Below are positions 19,575 through 26,429 of a stretch of DNA of 57,296 nt, in pieces. The position numbers and the translations under genes were made by a program. Below the pieces are notes generated by a model. That model saw only the letters and a list, made by a program, of their open reading frames with translations. It made no database searches and was not told the DNA's origin. Positions within the stretch are counted from its first letter, which is position 1, and every line of letters starts with the position of its first letter. The DNA is from Phycisphaerales bacterium (lineage in GTDB: Bacteria > Planctomycetota > Phycisphaerae > UBA1845). Location of the stretch: contig CP070691.1 of the NCBI GenBank assembly GCA_020353195.1, forward strand, positions 3,655,665 through 3,712,960. Reading direction: 5' to 3'.

Positions 19575-19634
19575 CGTGGGCGAGATTCTACCGGCCCCGG
19601 TAGTACTGCGAAAGCGGTTTGTCGCTCCAGGCGG

Positions 19635-19663
19635 TCAAGCTGTCCGGGGGCGCATGCCGATAC
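19635..19663 (+). promoter_or_regulatory. Putative sigma28-type promoter for neuC
   Basis: TCAAG-N16-GCCGATAC; the -10 element matches GCCGATAA at 7/8. Confidence 0.4.
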
Positions 19664-19831
19664 ACCGGTTGACATTCTCGGTGTTATCGGTCGTTTCGGC
19701 GGGACAGGGTCGCCGACCCGTTGCGAGAAGCAGGCCTGCCGACCCTGCATCGGACGACATGCAGCGGTTCACGTTCCCGCCGGCAACCCACTGACCTGGG
19801 AGATAGCCGAGTGACCGCAAGGCGTCACCCC

Positions 19832-20971
19832 ATGAACCGACGGAAACGACGCGTCGCCGTGATCACGGGTACGCGCGCCGAGTACGGGTTGCTCGCCTCC
19901 CCCATGCGGGCCATCGCTGAGCATTCCAAGCTCGACCTGCAACTCGTCGTCTGCGGCATGCATCTGCTCAGGAAGTTCGGCTACACGATCGCCGACGTTA
20001 TCCGAGACGGGTGGCGAATCGACGCCCGGGTGCGCATGCAGTCCGGATCGGACGGCCCCGCGACCCAGGCGGAGGGGTTGGCCGCGGGCGTCGCCGGCAT
20101 CGCCCGATTCCTGGAACGAGCGGGCACCGACATCGTTCTGATCCTGGGTGACCGCATCGAAGCCTTCGCCGGGGCCGTCGCCGGATTCACCACCGGCCGC
20201 ATCGTCGCCCACATTCACGGCGGCGACGTGGCTCCGGGGCATCTCGACGACGGACTGCGCCACAGCATCACGAAGCTGGCCCACATCCACCTGGCGGCTA
20301 CGAAGGATGCCGCGCGCCGCATTCTCCGCATGGGCGAGCGGTCCGAGCACGTTCACGTCGTCGGCGCTCCCGGGCTGGACCGCCTGTTCGAGCTGGCGGC
20401 GGCGTCCGGTCGCCGCGCTGCCCGGTCCAACCGCGCCCTGGTGGTTCAGCATCCGTGCGGGCGGTCGCCCGCCCGCGAGCGCCGGACCATGTCCGCGATC
20501 CTCCGCAGCGTTCGCTCTGCGGGGCTCGACGTGGTAGTCCTGTATCCCAACAGCGACCGCGGCCACACGGGCATCATCGAGGCCATCGAAAGCGTCCCCA
20601 GGTGGCGTGCGTCCGGTTCGCTGCGCGTGGTGCGGTCGCTGCCTCGTGACGACTACCTGTTGCTGCTGATCACGGCTCGCGTCCTGGTCGGAAACTCGTC
20701 GAGTGGAATCATCGAGGCCGGCGCCGCCGGCGTGCCCGTGGTCAACGTCGGGCGCCGCCAGCAGGGTCGGCTTCGCAACGGCCCGCACGTGGTCGACTGT
20801 GACGAGACCTGCGACGCGATCCGCCGCGCCCTCGGTCGGGCCCTGCGCCTGGGTCCCAGAATAGTCCGCCGCAGCGCCTACGGGCGGGGGGGCAGCGGAC
20901 GGCGCATCGCCGCCATCCTGGCCGATACACCGCTGTCCGACGCTCTGTGCTGCAAACAGATCACTTACTGA
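19832..20971 (+). CDS. neuC: UDP-N-acetylglucosamine 2-epimerase (hydrolysing)
   Basis: TGTRAEYG, GMHL, LGDRIE, HIHGGD, RHSITKLAHIH, PNSD, GNSSSGIIEA, NVGRRQQGR. Confidence 0.9.
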   Translation: MNRRKRRVAVITGTRAEYGLLASPMRAIAEHSKLDLQLVVCGMHLLRKFGYTIADVIRDGWRIDARVRMQSGSDGPATQAEGLAAGVAGIARFLERAGTDIVLILGDRIEAFAGAVAGFTTGRIVAHIHGGDVAPGHLDDGLRHSITKLAHIHLAATKDAARRILRMGERSEHVHVVGAPGLDRLFELAAASGRRAARSNRALVVQHPCGRSPARERRTMSAILRSVRSAGLDVVVLYPNSDRGHTGIIEAIESVPRWRASGSLRVVRSLPRDDYLLLLITARVLVGNSSSGIIEAGAAGVPVVNVGRRQQGRLRNGPHVVDCDETCDAIRRALGRALRLGPRIVRRSAYGRGGSGRRIAAILADTPLSDALCCKQITY

Positions 20972-20991
20972 CGACCTCCGCCATTCTTGGC

Positions 20992-21019
20992 TAAACCGCC
21001 GGCCCGGTCACGACGATGA
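20992..21019 (+). promoter_or_regulatory. Putative sigma28-type promoter for the HDOD gene
   Basis: TAAA-N16-GACGATGA. Confidence 0.4.
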
Positions 21020-21198
21020 ATAAGTCCGGTATGCTTCCGAACCGGCGTGTGCCGATGGCGGCGGTATTGGCGGCGTGACACGGGGCACCCAACACCGCCA
21101 GTCAACGCTTTGATGGGGTAGGAACCTCGCGGGGGCGCAACGGTGCACGTTCGTTTGGGGGTGAGGCGTGTGGCGTGCTGATAACTGGGGATCCCGGC

Positions 21199-22077
21199 AT
21201 GGCGGTCGAAGCAGAGACTCGTGAGAAGGCGGTGGTGGCCAAAGCGCTGGCGTCGATCGGCGAAATCGCCACCCTGCCCGAGGTGACGGTGAAGATCATC
21301 GAGATCGTGGAGGACTCACGAAGCACCATCAAGGACCTCCACGAGGTCATCAAGCGCGACCCGGCCCTGTCGACCAAGGTGTTGCGCGTGGTGAACTCTG
21401 CCTTCTACGGTCTGCCCGGGCAGATCGCCAGCGTGGACCGGGCGATCATTCTTCTCGGGCTCTCCGCCGTCAAGAACATCGCCATCGCCGCCTCGATCTC
21501 CCGCCTGTTTCGAGGCGGGCAGATTTCGGCTCACTTCACCGCGATGGATTTGTGGCGGCACAGTCTGGGCGTGGGCGTCGCCTCGCGGGCGATTGCCAAG
21601 GCCGCCGGCGTCGTCGGTGCGCTGGACGAGGTGATGCTCGCGGGCCTGATTCACGACCTCGGCCTGCTCCTCGAGCGACAGGCCTTCGCCGATGAACTCG
21701 CCCAGGTGATCGATCGCTGCGAAGCCGGCGAGGGGGACGTGCTCTCGCTGGAAACCGAGATCATCGGTGCCGACCATCAGGTCTTCGGCGACGCGCTGAC
21801 CACCAAGTGGCGATTCCCCCGGAACCTCCGTGCGGTCATCGGGTTCCACCACTGCCCGGACCGTCTCTCGCCTGAGTTGCAGCAGCTCGGCGCGATCATT
21901 CGCACCGCCGACATCCTCTGCTGCAAGGATAAGATCGGCTTCCATTTGACTGCCCACTCGCAGGAGTTCACCGAGGAACTGCTCGAAACCGTCGACATTA
22001 CCGTCGAGCAACTCACCGAGATCCGCGACGGGCTCGAAGACGGGCTAAGCGAAGCCGAAGCCACGCTCACCATCTAG
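21199..22077 (+). CDS. HDOD domain protein
   Basis: TLPEV, DPALSTKVLRVVNSAFYG, LWRHS, AGLIHDLG, ADHQ, KWRFP, FHH. Confidence 0.93.
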   Translation: MAVEAETREKAVVAKALASIGEIATLPEVTVKIIEIVEDSRSTIKDLHEVIKRDPALSTKVLRVVNSAFYGLPGQIASVDRAIILLGLSAVKNIAIAASISRLFRGGQISAHFTAMDLWRHSLGVGVASRAIAKAAGVVGALDEVMLAGLIHDLGLLLERQAFADELAQVIDRCEAGEGDVLSLETEIIGADHQVFGDALTTKWRFPRNLRAVIGFHHCPDRLSPELQQLGAIIRTADILCCKDKIGFHLTAHSQEFTEELLETVDITVEQLTEIRDGLEDGLSEAEATLTI

Positions 22078-22239
22078 TTTCTAGTTTCGTTTTCCGGAAG
22101 ACAGCTTCCCACCGATGGATGGTCCGTCCACCGTCAGGTGCGTGTCGCGCAGGCGGAAGCGGCAATAGCGAATCACGACCGGCTTGCTCGTTGTGAGGGG
22201 CGCGCACCGCGGGTCCACGTTCAAGACCGCAACGCCGTT

Positions 22240-23283
22240 TCACTTCAGCCGCGAGCGCAGGATCCACAAAAACAGCGGCGCACCGAGCAGCGCCGTCATC
22301 ACCCCGATAGGAATGGTCGACGCCGCCATCTCCCGCGATACGAGTTGGCCGTACCACGCCGGGAGCAACTCCGTCAACCAGTCGCAAACGATCAGAAACG
22401 TCGCCCCGATCAAGGCGGAACCCGGAAGAACGATCCGGTTGTCCGGCCCGAACACCAGCCGCACCCCGTGTGGAACGATCAGCCCCACGAACCCCACCGG
22501 ACCGCAGATCGAGACCACGGCCGCCACCGCCAACGAGGCCAGACCCAGGCACAACCCTTGCAGCACTGCCGGGTTCACACCGCGCGTCGCGCTCACCTCG
22601 TCGCCCAACTCGAACTGGTTCAGGTTCGGCGCCTGCAGGAATAGCACGATCCACACCGGAACCAGAATCACCAGCAGCGCCCGCACCTCGACCTGGCCGA
22701 CCGTCTCCAGGCTCCCCATCATCCAGCGGACGATCCGAAACGTATCATGCACGCTGGCCAGGTGTGTCACGAACATCATCATGGCTGAACAGAAGAACCC
22801 GATCGTCACGCCGGCCAGCAACAGCGCGTTGCCCGACAACCGCCGCGACGATCGGGCCAGCAGAACCACCACCCCCAGCACCGCGGCCGAACCGGCAAAC
22901 GCGCTGAAGGAAACGCTCGACAGCCCCAGAACCGTCACCCGCCAACCCGCGCTGATCGCGATCAACGCCCCCAGCGATCCGCCGCTGGCGATCCCCAGCG
23001 TATACGGTGTGGCCAGTGGATTGCGGAACAGAGTCTGAAACACCGCCCCGCACATCGCCAGCGTCGCGCCGGCCACCAGCGCCTTCACCGTGCCCGGCAT
23101 GCGAAGCACAAACGCGATGACATAGAGATCGGACTCCCTGTCGCCGGCGAAGTATGACCGCCAGGCCTCCACCAACCCGAGGCGATAGGTCCCGACCCCC
23201 GGGCTGATCGCCACTGCCAGCACCAGCAGCAGCAGGCAGCACCCCATCGCCACCGCGAATCGACGTGCGGTCAGCCGCTTCAC
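22240..23283 (-). CDS. FecCD/BtuC family ABC permease
   Basis: FQTLFRNPLATPYTLGIASG, GFVGLIVPH, PIGVMTALLGAPLF. The GTG start overlaps the ATPase stop (GTGA) and has GGAGG upstream. Confidence 0.93.
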   Translation of the reverse strand: MKRLTARRFAVAMGCCLLLLVLAVAISPGVGTYRLGLVEAWRSYFAGDRESDLYVIAFVLRMPGTVKALVAGATLAMCGAVFQTLFRNPLATPYTLGIASGGSLGALIAISAGWRVTVLGLSSVSFSAFAGSAAVLGVVVLLARSSRRLSGNALLLAGVTIGFFCSAMMMFVTHLASVHDTFRIVRWMMGSLETVGQVEVRALLVILVPVWIVLFLQAPNLNQFELGDEVSATRGVNPAVLQGLCLGLASLAVAAVVSICGPVGFVGLIVPHGVRLVFGPDNRIVLPGSALIGATFLIVCDWLTELLPAWYGQLVSREMAASTIPIGVMTALLGAPLFLWILRSRLK

Positions 23284-24122
23284 CGCGCTTCCTCCGAACG
23301 TGATTCGCCGGACGGCTCGTCCGATCGCCGCACGGGCAACACCCATCGTTGCCCGCCGTCGCCGCCAGGCCTTTCGAACCGGACCCGATACACTCGCTCC
23401 AGCACGTCGGCCCCGAGCACCTCGTCGCACCGGCCGCACGCCGCCGGTTTGCCGTCGTCGAGCAACAACAGTCGATCGCAGTATCGACCGGCCAGGTTCA
23501 GATCATGGGTCACCACGATGACACTCAATCCCGTCGCGTCCACTTGGGACCGCAACGACTCGAACACCGCGAATTGATAATAGAGGTCCAGCGCCGCAGT
23601 GGGCTCGTCCAGGACCAGCAGCTTCGGCTGCTGGGCCAGAGCCGCCGCCAGGTGCACTCGCTGGGCTTCGCCGCCCGACAGCGTGCCCATGGGCCGGTTC
23701 GCATACCGCGCCGTATCCGTCGCCTCCATCGCCGCACGCGCCGCCGCCAGGTCGTCGGCCGACTCGAACAGAAAGTAGCGCCGGTGCGGAAAACGCCCCA
23801 TGAGCACGATCTCCCCCGCCGTCGCGAACGGCGGCGCCATCGGCTGCTGCGGCAGAAACGCCGTCATCCGGGCACGACGCCGCGCCGACACGTCGGCCAG
23901 CGGTCGGCCGGACAGACGAATCGCGCCGCCGGTCGGCCTGCACAGCCCGACGGCCAATCGCAAAAGCGTGCTCTTGCCCGCCCCGTTCGGACCGATCACA
24001 CCCCACAGATGCCCGGGCTCGACGGACAGATCCACCGGCCCCAGGAAATCCGGTCGATCGACAAACCCGTACCGCAGCCGTTCCAGCTCCAGGATCGGGC
24101 AAACGGAAGAACGGTCGGCCAT
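23280..24122 (-). CDS. Iron-siderophore/cobalamin ABC ATP-binding protein
   Basis: GPNGAGKS, LSGGEAQR, LDEPT, VTHDLNLA. Confidence 0.95.
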   Translation of the reverse strand: MADRSSVCPILELERLRYGFVDRPDFLGPVDLSVEPGHLWGVIGPNGAGKSTLLRLAVGLCRPTGGAIRLSGRPLADVSARRRARMTAFLPQQPMAPPFATAGEIVLMGRFPHRRYFLFESADDLAAARAAMEATDTARYANRPMGTLSGGEAQRVHLAAALAQQPKLLVLDEPTAALDLYYQFAVFESLRSQVDATGLSVIVVTHDLNLAGRYCDRLLLLDDGKPAACGRCDEVLGADVLERVYRVRFERPGGDGGQRWVLPVRRSDEPSGESRSEEAR

Positions 24123-24307
24123 CGGCGGTACCCGCGTCGGTCATCCGGGAACGTGTTCAGCGTACTGTATGAGTGGCATGGGCAAGCAGGTCATACGATA
24201 CGCAATCGCAGGCAAAGCGTACCTCATAACGACGAGATTGTTCAAGGAGCTGAGAATAATGCTCGCCCGCGGGACTTGACCGGCCGCGACACGTCATGCC
24301 GAGCACG

Positions 24308-24350
24308 GGCACGGGCCACCCCGAAACCGCCCGACTTGGCACGGGCCACC
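24308..24350. repeat. 13-bp direct repeat, period 30
   Basis: ggcacgggccacc at 24308-24320 and 24338-24350. Confidence 0.6.
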
Positions 24351-24403
24351 TGTGGCGCCCAGTCCTTCCCCATGCCGTCCGGGACGTAGAGATTCGTCCG
24401 CGC

Positions 24404-25327
24404 TCAATCGGCGACGTCGGGATGCAACAGCGACAGCAGCTTCTCCGCCAGAAGCACCAGCCGAGGCGACGGGATCATTGCGTAGTCTTCGGTGAGGACG
24501 TGAACACGCCCGTTGCGGACCGCCGGTATCTGCCGTAGCGGATGCCATTGCTCAGCCAATTGGACGTAACCGCCGGCGGGCCGGCCGCCGGGCGAGACTT
24601 CGATGATCACCTCGGGCCTGCGGACTACGATCTCCTCAATGCTCACCTGCGGATACGCGACATCCAGATCACCGAAGACGTTCTCTCCGCCCGCCAGCTC
24701 GATCAACTCGTGCAGGTACGAGCCCTGGCCGACCGTGCCTATGTTGGCCAGCCGGTCCGGACCTCGCATCGTCAGCAGCACCTTCACCGCGGGCCGGCCC
24801 GCCGCCCGACCCTGCACCCGGGCCAGGCGCTCACGAACGCGCCGACACAGCGCGTCAGCCTGCTCGACGCGGTCGAACATGGCGCCCAATCGAGTGATCG
24901 TCTCATACACGTCGGACAGTCTGTTCGTGGGGTCGTAAAAGACGGCGATGCCGCGGTCCCGGCAGAGCTTCTCGAGTTTCTCCTGCCGCCCTCGAAGGAT
25001 GACCAGGTCCGGACCGAGCGTGACGATCGCCTCGAGATTCGGATCCCGCTGACCCCCGATCCGCGGCACGTGGGCTAGCTGCGGGGGATAAACCGTGTAC
25101 CGGCTCACCCCGACCAGCCGACTCCCGACACCCAGCTCCCAGAGGATCTCCACCGAGTTCGGCGCCAAGGCCACTATCCGCCCGGGTATGGCGCCGGTGC
25201 CGTCTGTCGCGAGGTTTTCGGACGTGCCGGAGTCACGGGCGCAACCGGCCAACATCATCAGTGTCAGGCCCGCCTGCTGCGCGGTCCGCCAACCCGGCGT
25301 CCGCCGACTTTTTGTGGCGCATCGCAC
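24404..25327 (-). CDS. BtuF-like helical-backbone periplasmic binding lipoprotein
   Basis: Lipobox LAGC, RIVALAPNSVEIL, PNLEAIV, LAGGENVF, SIEEIV, PAVRNGRV, PSPR. Start position is uncertain. Confidence 0.9.
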   Translation of the reverse strand: MRCATKSRRTPGWRTAQQAGLTLMMLAGCARDSGTSENLATDGTGAIPGRIVALAPNSVEILWELGVGSRLVGVSRYTVYPPQLAHVPRIGGQRDPNLEAIVTLGPDLVILRGRQEKLEKLCRDRGIAVFYDPTNRLSDVYETITRLGAMFDRVEQADALCRRVRERLARVQGRAAGRPAVKVLLTMRGPDRLANIGTVGQGSYLHELIELAGGENVFGDLDVAYPQVSIEEIVVRRPEVIIEVSPGGRPAGGYVQLAEQWHPLRQIPAVRNGRVHVLTEDYAMIPSPRLVLLAEKLLSLLHPDVAD

Positions 25328-25454
25328 AAAGTCAATCCGGCGTGGAACAGGCGGGTATCTGAGCGAATCCGGTTCCAGGCGTCAAGCGGCGCGATCAATC
25401 TGCACGCCCACTCCAGATCGCTCGGCATTGCGCGCTTCAACCGCAACTTCTCAG

Positions 25455-25618
25455 AGCGCCCTCGAGGCAACCGCGGGACCGGCGCTCCTGCCTGTCGAAG
25501 ACGCGCCGGAAGGCCCGTTCTGCAGTTCGGTGATGGCCGCTCGTGGTGGATACACGCGAGGTGAGCCTTCTCCCCCTTTCGGCGGGTCAAGCCGCTCTCG
25601 TGCCCCCGGATGACCGGC
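25455..25618 (-). other. Dispersed intergenic element, copy B (homologous to 9740-9907)
   Basis: Reverse complement of core 25563-25598 = agagcggcttgacccgccgaaagggggagaaggctc. Confidence 0.65.
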
Positions 25619-25884
25619 TGGCAAGGCGATCCCCAAGACGAATAATCCCTACCACACGCTGACAGGATTCTGCCGGCGGCATCCTGCTTGCGCGCATACC
25701 AGACGGACGATCTACACCCCGTTCCGAATCGCACGGACTCTCGCATGTCGCAATCCTGCATGAGGTTAGGTCAATCGGCCGCGGCGGGCAGTTCAGCCGT
25801 GCTGCCACTGCCCAGCCCGCTTCGGAGACATCGACGCGCGTCCCGGCCGGTTGCGCTCGACCCGAAAATAGTTCGATTCGGCGC

Positions 25885-25913
25885 TTGCATGTCTTTCAAC
25901 GTCCGGTTACACT
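25885..25913 (+). promoter_or_regulatory. Sigma70-type promoter
   Basis: TTGCAT (25885-25890), 17-nt spacer, TACACT (25908-25913). Confidence 0.7.
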
Positions 25914-25919
25914 AAACGC

Positions 25920-26160
25920 AGTTGAGGAGTGAGCGGAGGAAGAGGAGAGGGCCGCAGATCAGCGGCGGTGAGTGGAGCGGAGTAAGGAAGGGAACAGAGG
26001 ATCTCCGGCGAAGTCTCGCCGACCTTAACCGCGATCCACAAGAGAGCAAAAAAACCGAGAGTTGTCTCTTCCGGTGTTCTCGCCGGTTGAGTTTCACGAA
26101 TCTCTCTCTCTCCCTCCCAGGCTTGGGCTGTTCCAATAGGGCAGCCCCAGCCATTTTTTA
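25920..26160 (+). ncRNA. Candidate small RNA (GGA-rich 5' half, CU-rich 3' half)
   Basis: Lies between a sigma70 promoter and an intrinsic terminator with no credible ORF inside. It has 9 GGA in 25926-26001 and internal hairpins. Confidence 0.55.
26120..26159 (+). terminator. Rho-independent terminator
   Basis: Stem ggcttgggctgttcc-aata-gggcagccccagcc followed by atttttt. Confidence 0.75.
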
Positions 26161-26191
26161 CGCCCATTACAAACGCCCATCACGATGCAAA

Positions 26192-26371
26192 CCGAACCGC
26201 GACCGTAAGGGAGCGGCCAGCATTCAGAGCGGTCCGCCACAGGCGGATCAGGGAGCGGCCTTCAAAGCTGACCGTAAGCTAGCGCATGAGAGCAGAATTC
26301 TCCACCCAAGGTGGATCAGGGAACGGTCTGCAGCGTCAACGAGGTCCCGCTTCCTTACGAGCGCGGCTCGG
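26192..26371. repeat. Inverted pair of REP-like copies enclosing two 26-bp direct repeats
   Basis: ccgaaccgcgaccgtaagggagcgg (26192-26216) and ccgcttccttacgagcgcggctcgg (26347-26371). Inside are tccgccacaggcggatcagggagcgg (26233-26258) and tccacccaaggtggatcagggaacgg (26301-26326). Confidence 0.8.
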
Positions 26372-26429
26372 CCTGTGCAGCGCGCAACGCGCATCTGATC
26401 GGAACCGGTCGCCGGTTCCCCCCGACGCC

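Noticed and set aside
25560-25600. Resemblance of the shared core to a glycine or c-di-GMP-I riboswitch
   Set aside because: Lacks GGAGA/CTCAGG and GCAAA invariants, so it is kept only as an unassigned element.
25800-25832. GCCACTG...GGAGAC resembling cobalamin riboswitch pieces
   Set aside because: Wrong strand for the BtuF-like gene and lacks the other conserved blocks.
25922-26398. 158-aa TTG-start ORF over the candidate sRNA
   Set aside because: Starts at the predicted TSS, is low-complexity, and reads through a terminator and REP copies.
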